Positions 6,849 through 15,920 of a stretch of DNA of 16,437 nt are shown here, piece after piece; the first letter of the stretch is position 1, and the number at the start of each line of letters is the position of its first letter. This stretch comes from Ostreococcus tauri. Taxonomy: Eukaryota. The DNA lies in NCBI GenBank assembly GCA_000214015.2, contig CAID01000010.2:513303-529739 (forward strand). Direction: 5' to 3'. A program made the position numbers and the translations under genes. A model generated the notes under the pieces. That model saw only the letters and a list, made by a program, of their open reading frames with translations, was not told the origin of the DNA and made no database searches.

Positions 6849-7616
6849 ATGTCTCAGCAACAACCACCTCAATCGCAATCCCAACACGACGACCCGGACT
6901 CGCAACCGATGGACTCACAGCCGACGAGCGTGGCCATGCCAGCCGCGCCGAGTTGGTTGGGCGGCGCCGCGGGCGTGGGATTCCTGGTGACGCGCATCGG
7001 CTCCTCTGACGCTAAGGTCGCCGCCGCGGACGCCGCCAAGTTACTGCTCGCGGCGAAAGACCCGTGGCTGAAGTACTCAAAGGAGAAGAACGCGTACGAG
7101 GACGTCGTGGCGGTGGAGATTCCGGACGCGGATAACTGCGCGCTCGTCTCGTTGACGCCGGCGCGGCACGAAACCGACGTGAGCCGATTGGGTACGTGGA
7201 TCATGGAACAACTCTCATCTGGGGCGGATTGGACGAAGGCGGAAGGTGTTCGACCGACGCACGTATCACGAATGATTCCCGTCGAAGGGACGTGCGATGA
7301 GCTGGACTTGATCTCGTTGGCGGCGAACGTGGTGCCCAAACATTTGGAGACGATTCGACGCGAAGGATTACGAAGCGCCACGTACGAGGTGATTTACGAA
7401 GAGCACAAGCCATCGTTACATTTGCTCCCATCCGTGGTGAACGCTGCGATCGGCGAGTGCCTTCCGGACGGCTACGTGGTCGATCTCAAGTCACCGAGTC
7501 ACTCGGTCTTGTGTCTCGTGCAAGGAAACACGTGCTTTCTCTCCGTCGTTCACAATTACCGAGACATCGCGAAGCACTTCGCCGTGCACAAGGCGCTTTC
7601 GGCCGCTGCTGCGTGA
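6849..7616 (+). CDS. THUMPD1: THUMP-domain protein, THUMPD1/Tan1 type (adaptor for tRNA cytidine acetylation)
   Basis: The track ORF starts at 6579 inside the RING gene. The first ATG after that gene's stop is at 6849 (MSQQQPP...). GFLVTRIGSSDAKVAAADAAKLL, RMIPVEGTCDE, ATYEVIYEEH and VDLKSPSHSVLCLVQGNTCFLSVVHNYRD parallel human THUMPD1 blocks (GILITCNMNERKCVEEAYSLL, RMLPISGTCKA, FQIVYKSRNN, VDLTNPQYTVVVEIIKAVCCLSVVKDY). Stop TGA at 7614-7616. Confidence 0.75.
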   Translation: MSQQQPPQSQSQHDDPDSQPMDSQPTSVAMPAAPSWLGGAAGVGFLVTRIGSSDAKVAAADAAKLLLAAKDPWLKYSKEKNAYEDVVAVEIPDADNCALVSLTPARHETDVSRLGTWIMEQLSSGADWTKAEGVRPTHVSRMIPVEGTCDELDLISLAANVVPKHLETIRREGLRSATYEVIYEEHKPSLHLLPSVVNAAIGECLPDGYVVDLKSPSHSVLCLVQGNTCFLSVVHNYRDIAKHFAVHKALSAAAA

Positions 7617-7802
7617 TCGTCTCCTTGTCACGCACGTCGAATTCAAGCATACGATGATACCGATACGATCCTGCGACTTTGTAAAATTCCTTCACCGCCG
7701 ACACGATCGGTGCCAAGTTTTCTCACCAGTGCGACGATAATGATAACTGTACAATTGCAACGCTCTAAGTAACACTACGAAATGTCTAATGGCTTCCTAT
7801 AC
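7617..7802. terminator. Shared 3'-UTR / polyadenylation zone between convergent genes (THUMP + and MFS -)
   Basis: This stretch is visibly more AT-rich than the flanking CDSs. A TGTAA pentamer, the chlorophyte poly(A) signal, sits on the + strand at 7680-7684, 64 nt after the THUMP stop. No stem-loop terminator is implied; this is eukaryotic DNA. Confidence 0.35.
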
Positions 7803-9332
7803 CTACAGCTCACTCAAATCACCCTCCGACGCGGAATCGCGCCGACTGTCCGTGCGCATCCTACGCTTCTCGTCTCGAGGACGGTTGAGATCCGGCGACA
7901 GGCGCCGGGAAAGAATCGTCAGCGAGCAGAATCCAATTCCGATCGCGATAAATGGCCAAAAGTCTCTACCGAACGTATTCGGACCCATGGAAACCATCAT
8001 GGCGATCAAAGCGCCTCCGATGAGCGGCGCTACGCCTCGCCCAAAGTTTCCAAACATGCCGCTGAACCCATTGACCGCCCCTAGAGTTTTACGCGGCGAC
8101 GCGTTGTTTAAGATGAGCGAGCTTCCACCCATGATGATGGGTCCACTCATCCCTCGCGCGATGCCGAGCACGACGATAATCATCCACGCCACTTCCTTGG
8201 ACTTTTTCAACGCCAAGTGCGCGATCGGATGCAGTGGAAACGTCACGGCGTTCACCAAGAGCGCTTTAGTCAACAGCGAAACGATGCCGTATTTGCGCGT
8301 CAAGCGGGTGAACAGGAACACTTGAAAGCTCAGGATGGCGACACCCATGAGGCTACCGAACGCGCCGATTTCGACCGAGGAGAAACTGAGTCCACCGTTG
8401 TCGTAAGACGTCGCCATCCACACCGGCGTCATCTCTGCTCCCGTCAACACGACAAAGGTACACCCGACTTGACTCACGATGGCCGCTCGGACGTTTGCGT
8501 CGCGCCACCACGGTGACTCGCCCTTCGACACCGTCGCCACGGACCCAACCTCCGACGAACCTTTCTCCGTCGTCTCGTCCGAGGATAAGAGCGCGAGCTC
8601 GGCGACGACGCCCTCTTCCACCTCGCCGTTTTCGACTTCTCGATGCTTGTCGATTTCCATCCACCCGACGAACCACATCGCCAGAGGCACCAGACACATC
8701 GCGCTCACCCACGCGTTGGCCAGGAAGAACGGACGCGCCTTCAAAAACCCCGGGCACTTTGTCGCGTCGTCCTTGTACACGGCCCAATTTTCACACGGCT
8801 CGGCGAGCGCCGCCGCCAACGCCGGGCTAAACGCGCTCGCCACCCCGTACGCCACCCCAGTCGTCGCGAACGCCCGCGCCGCGTTCGTCCCATCGCTCAC
8901 CAACGCCAGCGCCGGTTTCTGCAGCACCGCCATCCCGTCCACCGCTCCCTGCGCGAGCCGCCACGCGAACGCCCCAGCCGTGTCGCCCGCCGTCGCGAAT
9001 CCCAGCGTCGCCATCGCGTGCGCCACCGCCGTGCACGCGATCGCCCCCTCGAACGACCACGCGTCGCCCAGGCGTCCCCAGGGATACGCACTGAGCGCGC
9101 TCGCCATCGGTTTCGCCGCCGCGAGCGCGCCCGCGCGGAACGCCAGTTCGGATTCGGACGCCTTTTCGTCGAACCGCCGCGCCATGAAGAACCCGATCGC
9201 GTACACCGCCGTCGTCGACGCGATCGAGCACATCGCGAAGCACTGCGCGGTGACGATCGTTCGCCAATCCAACGGCGTCTCCGTCGACGACGGGAGGTCG
9301 AACACGGCGGCGAAGGAGCGCGCGCGACGCAT
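7803..9332 (-). CDS. Major facilitator superfamily transporter (ZIF1/ZIFL-like, DHA-type), with an acidic central loop
   Basis: ATG (cat) at 9330-9332, TAG (cta) at 7803-7805. The 509-aa protein has about 12 hydrophobic segments. WGRLGDAWSFEG sits at the MFS motif-A position. LAEPCENWAVYKDDATKCPGFLKARPFFLANAWVSAMCLVPLAMWFVGWME parallels the ZIF1-type LAQPAEKYPNIF...GRFPYFLP...WWLPETL block. Central loop EVENGEVEEGVVAELALLSSDETTEKGSSEVG. Confidence 0.8.
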   Translation of the reverse strand: MRRARSFAAVFDLPSSTETPLDWRTIVTAQCFAMCSIASTTAVYAIGFFMARRFDEKASESELAFRAGALAAAKPMASALSAYPWGRLGDAWSFEGAIACTAVAHAMATLGFATAGDTAGAFAWRLAQGAVDGMAVLQKPALALVSDGTNAARAFATTGVAYGVASAFSPALAAALAEPCENWAVYKDDATKCPGFLKARPFFLANAWVSAMCLVPLAMWFVGWMEIDKHREVENGEVEEGVVAELALLSSDETTEKGSSEVGSVATVSKGESPWWRDANVRAAIVSQVGCTFVVLTGAEMTPVWMATSYDNGGLSFSSVEIGAFGSLMGVAILSFQVFLFTRLTRKYGIVSLLTKALLVNAVTFPLHPIAHLALKKSKEVAWMIIVVLGIARGMSGPIIMGGSSLILNNASPRKTLGAVNGFSGMFGNFGRGVAPLIGGALIAMMVSMGPNTFGRDFWPFIAIGIGFCSLTILSRRLSPDLNRPRDEKRRMRTDSRRDSASEGDLSEL

Positions 9333-9345
9333 GACGGGCGCGCGC

Positions 9346-9353
9346 TGACGTCA
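9346..9353. promoter_or_regulatory. Perfect TGACGTCA palindrome (CRE / bZIP ACGT-core type) next to the MFS start codon
   Basis: Read directly at 9346-9353. It lies 14 nt from the MFS ATG, inside the 200-bp divergent intergenic region 9333-9532. Whether it functions is inference. Confidence 0.3.
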
Positions 9354-9357
9354 CGCC

Positions 9358-9445
9358 CATCGATCGATGCCTTTCGATGTCTGTCGATCGACCCCTTTCG
9401 ATGCCTTTCGATGCCTTTCGATGCCTGTCGGTCGCCGTCGGTCGA
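9358..9445. repeat. Palindrome CATCGATCGATG followed by a phased ~10-bp tandem repeat (CCTTTCGATG and degenerate copies) in a bidirectional promoter
   Basis: CATCGATCGATG at 9358-9369 is its own reverse complement. Perfect CCTTTCGATG copies start at 9370, 9394, 9404 and 9414. TCGAT cores start at 9364, 9374, 9384, then 9398, 9408, 9418. The repeat decays to GTCGG/GTCGA units at 9427-9446. Confidence 0.75.
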
Positions 9446-9532
9446 CGCCCGTCGAGCATCGATCGACCCCTGTCCGCGGCGCCCCGGTGACGCGGTCGTG
9501 GATCGACGTCGACGCCGACGACGGGCGCGGCG

Positions 9533-10999
9533 ATGGAAGCGACGGGCGCGCGCGTGGGCGCGCGCGCGCGCGCGACGGGGCGACGGGGGCGACGGGCGGC
9601 GGCGGCGATGGGGACGAAAACGGTCGGCGCGATGGGGACGACGAGTCGACGACGACGGACGCGAGGGACGATGGAGACGCGCGCGAGAGAGGGAAACGCC
9701 GAGGTGGACGCGAGTGAGGGGAGCAGGGCGTCGAGCGCGGCGGCGCGGGCGCTGAGACCGAGTTTTTTGGCGGCGCGAAGAGGATCGCGGTTCGCGCATC
9801 AAGAATTCGTCCGACTGTGCGCGGACGCGGCGCGACGAGGGACGCTCACCGTCGGGGACGCGCGCGTGGAGGCGGCGCTCATGGGGTTGAGCGCGGAGGC
9901 GAGGATGGGGCAGAGTGAGCAGGATGCGTTCGCGAGCGCGGTGGCGATGGTGATATTGACGCTTCGGCGGTTCGACGACGCGTTCGACGCGAGCGCCGAG
10001 ATCGATCCCGAGGCGCGGGGGATGTTGAAATACATCGAGATGACGAATAAGAACGCGGACGAGGGGCACACGTTGCGTCGCATGGAGCTCGAGCGGAGGT
10101 TTTTAAATCCAGAGAGCGCGCGAAGGGCTCCGGCGCCGCACGAGACCATCATGCGTATGAACTGTAAGCTCACGCTCTTGACGCGCGAGATGATCGAGCA
10201 CGAGCGAGGGATCACGAGTGCGAGACGTGAGCTCGAGGCTTTGAGCGCCTCGGTGTCCACGGAGAGAACGGAGGTGATTGAGATCGAGACAAAGCAGCAG
10301 CTCGCGCTCGGGTGGTGCACTCGCGAGCGCACCCCGGCGCGCGCGCTGGCGTCGGACATGCTCGTCGCCTTCTTCAGTGTGCTCACGGGACATCCCGTTG
10401 GATATAGGGCGTTCGTTCGCGCCGCGCGCACGGCGTACGAGAGCGGGATCTCGGCCGATGAGATCACCGCCGCGCTCGACGGAGCCGAGTTGGACGTGGA
10501 GGGCACGCGTCGGGGCATGTTCGGACGCGCCTCGGACGCGCCAAAGCTCTTCGCCGGATTCGTCTCGACGGCGTACGTTGCGTTCGAGGCGCAAGGTCTG
10601 CCCCTTCCGCCAGCCGCGAATGGGGACGAGGATTTATACGCGTACGCCAACTACCCGCGGGCGATCGACGAAACCGGCGTCGAGAGAGAGGAAGAGAGTG
10701 ACGACAAGAAGCGGGCGTTTTCCCGTGGTTTACGACAGGCTGTCGAACTTTGGCTCACGATGGATCGCGAAGAACTCGCGAACCAGGTTCAGGCATCGCT
10801 GTCCATGGATGAGGGCGACGACGATGTCGCGAAGCAGCCGTTTGAAACGGGAACACCGCCGCCGCCGGGAGACGACGAGTCTTTCGGCGTCGTTCGCGAT
10901 GATTCGCTCAGTAGGTCTTCGATCACGATCGAAACGCTTCGCAATCAGAAGAACATCGTGAGTTTCGTCCGTGACGAGCTCGCGCGCGATGCGAGGTGA
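9533..10999 (+). CDS. Hypothetical protein (488 aa) with no domain I recognise; R/G/T-rich N-terminus, central coiled-coil-like segment, acidic C-terminal region
   Basis: Long ORF with balanced, non-repetitive composition after about aa 90, unlike the Arg/Ser-rich overlapping frames. ATG at 9533, with further in-frame ATGs at 9608, 9632 and 9671, so the start is uncertain. TGA at 10997-10999. Confidence 0.6.
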   Translation: MEATGARVGARARATGRRGRRAAAAMGTKTVGAMGTTSRRRRTRGTMETRAREGNAEVDASEGSRASSAAARALRPSFLAARRGSRFAHQEFVRLCADAARRGTLTVGDARVEAALMGLSAEARMGQSEQDAFASAVAMVILTLRRFDDAFDASAEIDPEARGMLKYIEMTNKNADEGHTLRRMELERRFLNPESARRAPAPHETIMRMNCKLTLLTREMIEHERGITSARRELEALSASVSTERTEVIEIETKQQLALGWCTRERTPARALASDMLVAFFSVLTGHPVGYRAFVRAARTAYESGISADEITAALDGAELDVEGTRRGMFGRASDAPKLFAGFVSTAYVAFEAQGLPLPPAANGDEDLYAYANYPRAIDETGVEREEESDDKKRAFSRGLRQAVELWLTMDREELANQVQASLSMDEGDDDVAKQPFETGTPPPPGDDESFGVVRDDSLSRSSITIETLRNQKNIVSFVRDELARDAR

Positions 11000-11084
11000 T
11001 CGCGCGCGCAGCGGGGATGATACGACGTCGATTTCTCCAAAGCGGCTTTGTGGAAGTGCCCTCACACCTCGTCCGCTCGCAAAA

Positions 11085-11582
11085 ATGGCCGCGACGATCC
11101 CTTTCGAGAGTCTTGGCGATTTCATCACCGCGCTCGCAAAGATGGAGCTATTACACAGCGGCATTGCTCGCATAGATCTCGAACAACAGTCGCGTCTGGA
11201 CGCGACTGCGCGCGAGAGACCAAAGCTTGAACCGGGCGACGACTTTTTCCTCTCCCCATCGAGCATTCAGTGCGTGAGCAAGCGACACAAGCGTTTCGAG
11301 CTGCTCTTTACTGGGTACGAAATTCGGGATCCACATTTCGCGGCCAAGCATGACATGGGCTTCCTCGGAACAGACATAACACTCGGATTCGACGCGTGTC
11401 GAGGTACGCAAGCCGTGAATCTATGCGAGGACGTGAAAGACGATCTAGACATCAACGACGCGCACTACGACCAGTGCGTTCGCAAAGCGTGCGAGGTCCT
11501 CGCGGAACCGTATCCGGAGAACTGGCGAGTAGATTACGAGGCGTACGTAAAAAATCACTGGTCAAACATGCCGTATCGTTGA
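11085..11582 (+). CDS. Hypothetical protein (165 aa), no recognised domain
   Basis: The track ORF starts at GTG 10971 and overlaps the upstream gene. An ATG at 10989 also overlaps. The ATG at 11085 has an aaaaATGgc context and is the first start past the upstream stop. Composition is balanced (MAATIPFESLGDFITALAKMELL...). TGA at 11580-11582. It could instead be the last exon of the upstream gene (see findings). Confidence 0.5.
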   Translation: MAATIPFESLGDFITALAKMELLHSGIARIDLEQQSRLDATARERPKLEPGDDFFLSPSSIQCVSKRHKRFELLFTGYEIRDPHFAAKHDMGFLGTDITLGFDACRGTQAVNLCEDVKDDLDINDAHYDQCVRKACEVLAEPYPENWRVDYEAYVKNHWSNMPYR

Positions 11583-11760
11583 CCACGCGCGAAACTATGT
11601 TCGAGACATCGCGACCTTTAGAGCGTGTCGACCGACCAAAGTGTGAGACAACATTTGATTCTTCGACGAAATCCTCTATAACGCCATCCCGCACGCGTCG
11701 CCGACGACGCACACCGTCGCTGCTCGAAGCGACCCGCGTTTCGCGCCCTCACAGCGCGCC

Positions 11761-12684
11761 ATGCCTCGTCGACCGCTCGCGTCTCCGCGCGAGCGCGGCC
11801 GGCGTCGATCACCCGTCGCCGGATCACGCGTCATCGCGTTCGTGGCCGCCGTTGCGGTCGCCGCATTCGCCACCGCGCGCGCCGAGGGCACGGGATCGAC
11901 GTCGAGCGCAACACCCACTCAACGCGTCGCCTCCGCGGACGCCTCCACGACGCGTCTTCGCGCCGATTTCGTCACCGAAGACGTCGCTCGCGCCGTGGAT
12001 GTCATAGCGTACGAGGGTCCGGCGTACGCGGGGTGTTGTCCGAACGTGGACGGCGAACACTTGGCGTGTTGCGCCGCGGGCGGATGCTGCCCGAACACCG
12101 AGCCCGGGGGCGGATACGGGAAACACCTGGCGTGCTGTGAGAGTAAGGGCGGGAGTGAGGCGCATAATCGCGCGGCCTCGAGGGTGTGGTACTCGGGACC
12201 GTCCTACGACGGGTGCTGCCCGAACGCGGATGGAGAGAACTTGGCGTGCTGCGGCGAGAGCAAAGGGTGTTGCCCATCGGACGGGAGCGTGCGACTCGGG
12301 TGCTGTCCGAGATTAGCTACGGAGGGCGAGGCGGAGGAGACGGTGGAAGACGATGTGTCGGTGGAGGATGCGTACGATGCCGATGATTTGGAGGAGAAGC
12401 GCCAAGCGCGCGCTGAGAGGGTGTGGAGACGCGAGAGGAACTGGGACGGAGCAAGCGGCGCTTCCTCGTATGGCGAAAAAGCTGCCGATGAGCGGAACGG
12501 TGAGGAAGGCGTCGAGTCGACGATGTATTTACAGCTCGCGGCTGGATTATGCGTCGTCGTGTGGGCCGTTGCGCTCGCGGCGGGGACGTTTTACTCTCGT
12601 TCAGATGGGCGTGGCGAAGACGAAGAAGACGCGCGTCTAGTGCCCGCGGACAGGCGGCGACGACGCGCGTACGCCGGTTTCTGA
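11761..12684 (+). CDS. Type-I membrane protein with a duplicated vicinal-cysteine (CC-doublet) ectodomain module, acidic stalk, one TM helix and a basic tail
   Basis: ATG at 11761, TGA at 12682-12684. Signal-peptide-like VIAFVAAVAVAAFATARA/EG. Module A: YEGPAYAGCCPNVDGEHLACCAAGGCCPNTEPGGGYGKHLACC. Module B: YSGPSYDGCCPNADGENLACCGESKGCCPSDGSVRLGCC. Together they span nt 12007-12309 and contain 8 CC pairs. TM helix LQLAAGLCVVVWAVALAAGTFY (nt 12526-12591), followed by RRRRRAYAGF. Confidence 0.65.
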   Translation: MPRRPLASPRERGRRRSPVAGSRVIAFVAAVAVAAFATARAEGTGSTSSATPTQRVASADASTTRLRADFVTEDVARAVDVIAYEGPAYAGCCPNVDGEHLACCAAGGCCPNTEPGGGYGKHLACCESKGGSEAHNRAASRVWYSGPSYDGCCPNADGENLACCGESKGCCPSDGSVRLGCCPRLATEGEAEETVEDDVSVEDAYDADDLEEKRQARAERVWRRERNWDGASGASSYGEKAADERNGEEGVESTMYLQLAAGLCVVVWAVALAAGTFYSRSDGRGEDEEDARLVPADRRRRRAYAGF

Positions 12685-12779
12685 GTTCCCTAGAATAGCT
12701 GTGTAGATTGTTGTGTGACTTAATGCTCCTTGAATTACAGGTAGGTTCTAATAGCTGCATGGCGTTCTTATCATGTTTC
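12685..12779. terminator. Shared 3'-UTR / polyadenylation zone between convergent genes (CC-doublet protein + and P-protein -)
   Basis: This 95-bp spacer is clearly more AT-rich than the flanks. TTACA at 12735-12739 is TGTAA on the minus strand, about 41 nt downstream of the P-protein stop. Confidence 0.35.
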
Positions 12780-15700
12780 TCATGCGGTTTGCGCAACCGC
12801 GACTTCGACCGCCGCGCGAGAAGCGACGAGGTTTCTGTCGCCGTACACATCGTCTATACGAGAGGTTTGCGGCCAGAACTTGTGCGCGCGAGTCCACGGA
12901 GCCGGGAAGGCACCGAGATCGCGCGGGTACGGTCGATCCCATTCCTTGCCGGTGACGGCGGACGCCGTGTGCGGAGCGTGCTTGAGCATGTTGTTCTCCT
13001 TGGACATCTTGCCCTCCTCGATGTCCCGGATTTCGCCGCGGATGGCGATGAGAGCGTCGCAGAATCGGTCGAGCTCGGCCTTGGATTCGGACTCGGTCGG
13101 CTCGATCATGAGCGTACCGGCGACCGGCCAAGACATGGTCGGGGAGTGGAAACCGTAATCCATCAAACGCTTCGCAATGTCCGCGACTTCAACACCCGTA
13201 GCATCCTTGATAGGTCGCATGTCGAGAATGAACTCGTGCGCGCACGTGTTGTTCTTACCGGTGAAAAGAACCGGGTAGTAATCCTCGAGACGCTTGGACA
13301 TGTAGTTGGCGTTGAGAATGGCACGCTTGGACGCGTTGGTCAAGCCCTCGGAACCCATCATGGAGATGTACGCGTAAGAGATCGGCAAGATCAACGCCGA
13401 GCCATATGGCGCGGCGGAGACGGTACCGAACGGCTTATCACCACCCACAGCGATCGCACCGTCCTTCATGGTCGGGTGATCTGGCATGAACGGGGCTAAG
13501 TGCGCCTTAACACCGATCGGGCCCATGCCCGGACCGCCACCACCGTGCGGAATGCAGAAAGTCTTGTGCAAGTTCAAGTGGCACACGTCGGCACCGATGA
13601 AGCCCGGAGACGTCAAGCCGACTTGAGCGTTCATGTTGGCACCGTCCATGTACACTTGACCGCCATGCTTGTGAATGGTGTCGCAGACTTCCTTGATGGA
13701 GTCTTCGTACACGCCGTGCGTGGACGGATACGTAACCATGAGCGCAGCCAAGTTGGCCGAGTGCTTCTCGGCCGCAGCCTTAAGTTCTTCGACGTTGATG
13801 TTACCCTTGCTGTCGGTACCGATGACAACAATCTTCATACCGCACATGGCTGCAGACGCCGGGTTGGTACCGTGCGCGGACACCGGGATGATGCACACGT
13901 CACGGTGGTCGTCACCGCGAGACTGGTGGTAGGCGCGAATCGCCATCAAACCGGCGTATTCACCCGAGGCACCGGAGTTCGGCTGGAGAGACATAGCGTC
14001 GAAGCCAGTGATCTCGCAGAGTTGCATCTCGAGATCACGGAACATCTCTTGGTAGCCAAGGGACTGGTCCTTTGGCGCGAACGGGTGAATGTTCGCGAGC
14101 TCTGGCCAGGTGATCGGGATCATCTCCGACGTCGCGTTAAGCTTCATCGTGCACGATCCGAGGGCAATCATGGAGTGCACCAAGGAGAGATCCTTCTCCT
14201 CCAAGCGCTTGAGGTAGCGCACCATCTCGTGTTCGCTGTGGTACTGGTTGAAGATTGGGTGCGTCATGTACGAAGACGTACGCTCCATCGGGATTGAAGT
14301 GTTGACGCTTGGGGCGATTTGCTCGACGGTCGGCGCGGTAGCACCGCCGGCGAACGCCTTGAAGAGGTCATCGACGTCTTGGATCGTGGTGACTTCATCG
14401 AACGCCAAGGAGACGTGATCGGCATCCATCTTACGGATGTTGATGCCCGCGGATTCGCATGCCTTGACGACAGCGTCAGCACCGCTCGGGCACTTCAAAG
14501 TGATCGTGTCGAAGAACTCCGGAGTGACGTTCTTGAAACCGAGCTTTTCGGCACCAGCAGCGAAGACACCGGCGAAGTTGTGCGCGCGGGTCGCGATATC
14601 CTTCAAGCCCTGCGGGCCGTGGTACACACCATACATGGCAGCCATGTTGGCCAACAAGGCTTGCGCGGTGCAGATGTTGGACGTCGCCTTGTCGCGGCGA
14701 ATGTGCTGTTCACGCGTTTGCATAGCCATACGAAGCGCTGGATTACCCTCGGAGTCGATCGATTCGCCGATGATACGACCTGGCATGAGACGCTTGTCGT
14801 CGTGGTTGGTGGCCAAGAAGGCGGCGTGCGGGCCACCGAAGCCCATCGGCACGCCGAATCGTTGGGAGGAACCGACGACGATGTCGGCACCCCACTCGCC
14901 CGGCGGTTGCAACACGGTGAGTGAGAGCAAGTCAGCCGCGGCGACGACGCGGATACCACTGGCGTGCGCCTTGGCAACGATCGGCTTGTAGTCGATGACG
15001 GCACCGTTGGTCGCCGGGTATTGCACGAGCACACCGCACACGTCCTTGGCGGTATAATCGAAAGAGTTTTCGTCGCCAACAATCGCTTCGAGGCCCAAGC
15101 CCTCGGCGCGAGTCTTGACGACCGAGATCGTTTGCGGGTGGCACTTGTCGGAGACGTAGAACTTCGGCTTCTTACCGCGGTTCAGCGCGGAGCACATCGT
15201 CATGGCCTCGGCGGCGGCGGTTCCCTCGTCCAATAGAGAAGAGTTCGAGAGCGGCATGCCGGTCAAATCGGTAATCATCGTTTGGAAGTTCATCAAGGAC
15301 TCAAGACGACCTTGGGACGCTTCGGCTTGGTACGGAGTGTACTGCGTGTACCAGCCCGGGTTCTCCAAGATATTACGCAAGATCACCGGCGGCACGTGCG
15401 TGCCGTGGTACCCGGCACCGATGTACGTCTTGTAAACCTTGTTCTTGCCAGCGATGTCCTTCATCTTCGCGAGGAACTCGCTCTCCGTGAGCGGCTCGGT
15501 GTACTTGCCCATGTCCATGAGCTTCGGCAAGCGAATGTTCGTCGGCACCGTGGCGTCGATGAGCGCGTCGATGTTCTCGAATCCCACAACCTTACACATT
15601 TCAGCCACTTCTTCCTCCGTACCGCTGTTGTGTCGTCGTTCGAACGTATCCAGCGGCTTCAGAGACGCCGCGCTCACGTTTCGCGCGCTCATCGCGTTCG

Positions 15701-15920
15701 CGCCCCCTCGCGCGCGCGCCAGCATCGTCGCCGTCGCCGCGCCTTCCCGTCGACCGACACCGCGCGCGACGCCACGCATACCGCGCACCGCGTGCGCGCA
15801 CCGCACCGGGTCGTTCGCCTCTCGCACCGTCGTGGGCATCGTCGATGCCTCCGTTCGCACCCCCTGGGCGCCAGCCGTCGCCCATCGGCGCGCCGCGTCG
15901 ACGACGCGTCGTCGAAACAT
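12780..15920 (-). CDS. GLDP: Glycine dehydrogenase (decarboxylating), the P-protein of the mitochondrial glycine cleavage system (single-chain eukaryotic type)
   Basis: Collinear similarity to P-proteins from [15 protein letters not shown] through [65 protein letters not shown] (PLP Lys codon at 13563-13565) and [17 protein letters not shown]. Stop tca at 12780-12782. The start is uncertain. ATG at 15918-15920 ([13 protein letters not shown]..., presequence-like) gives 1046 aa, close to plant GLDP length. ATG at 15725 gives 981 aa. The track start 16418 is rejected because another gene ends at 16324. Confidence 0.9.
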   Translation of the reverse strand: MFRRRVVDAARRWATAGAQGVRTEASTMPTTVREANDPVRCAHAVRGMRGVARGVGRREGAATATMLARARGGANAMSARNVSAASLKPLDTFERRHNSGTEEEVAEMCKVVGFENIDALIDATVPTNIRLPKLMDMGKYTEPLTESEFLAKMKDIAGKNKVYKTYIGAGYHGTHVPPVILRNILENPGWYTQYTPYQAEASQGRLESLMNFQTMITDLTGMPLSNSSLLDEGTAAAEAMTMCSALNRGKKPKFYVSDKCHPQTISVVKTRAEGLGLEAIVGDENSFDYTAKDVCGVLVQYPATNGAVIDYKPIVAKAHASGIRVVAAADLLSLTVLQPPGEWGADIVVGSSQRFGVPMGFGGPHAAFLATNHDDKRLMPGRIIGESIDSEGNPALRMAMQTREQHIRRDKATSNICTAQALLANMAAMYGVYHGPQGLKDIATRAHNFAGVFAAGAEKLGFKNVTPEFFDTITLKCPSGADAVVKACESAGINIRKMDADHVSLAFDEVTTIQDVDDLFKAFAGGATAPTVEQIAPSVNTSIPMERTSSYMTHPIFNQYHSEHEMVRYLKRLEEKDLSLVHSMIALGSCTMKLNATSEMIPITWPELANIHPFAPKDQSLGYQEMFRDLEMQLCEITGFDAMSLQPNSGASGEYAGLMAIRAYHQSRGDDHRDVCIIPVSAHGTNPASAAMCGMKIVVIGTDSKGNINVEELKAAAEKHSANLAALMVTYPSTHGVYEDSIKEVCDTIHKHGGQVYMDGANMNAQVGLTSPGFIGADVCHLNLHKTFCIPHGGGGPGMGPIGVKAHLAPFMPDHPTMKDGAIAVGGDKPFGTVSAAPYGSALILPISYAYISMMGSEGLTNASKRAILNANYMSKRLEDYYPVLFTGKNNTCAHEFILDMRPIKDATGVEVADIAKRLMDYGFHSPTMSWPVAGTLMIEPTESESKAELDRFCDALIAIRGEIRDIEEGKMSKENNMLKHAPHTASAVTGKEWDRPYPRDLGAFPAPWTRAHKFWPQTSRIDDVYGDRNLVASRAAVEVAVAQTA

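Noticed and set aside
8479-9348. 289-aa + strand Ala/Ser-rich ORF antisense to the MFS transporter
   Set aside because: This is a mirror-frame artefact of a hydrophobic, GC3-rich membrane-protein gene, with no motifs. The same applies to 9799-10650 (-) and 383-952 (-).
9358-9470. Possible CRISPR array or prokaryotic repeat
   Set aside because: The unit is only about 10 bp with no spacers. The context is eukaryotic, and the region sits in a divergent promoter. It is a short tandem repeat, not CRISPR.
8643-10069. Overlapping 370-aa (+) and 390-aa (-) ORFs across the MFS gene, the promoter and the start of the next gene
   Set aside because: Both are poly-Arg/Pro/Ser low-complexity translations (RRRRRR runs). 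They cross a repeat-bearing intergenic region and overlap better-supported CDSs, so they are compositional artefacts.
2652-12684. TGA stops (SO-family, RING-H2, THUMP, orphan genes, CC-protein) as possible selenocysteine recoding sites, given that prasinophytes have many selenoproteins
   Set aside because: None of these TGAs lies at a redox CxxU/UxxC-type position. The frames do not continue as plausible protein downstream, and I could not see a SECIS-like structure by eye.
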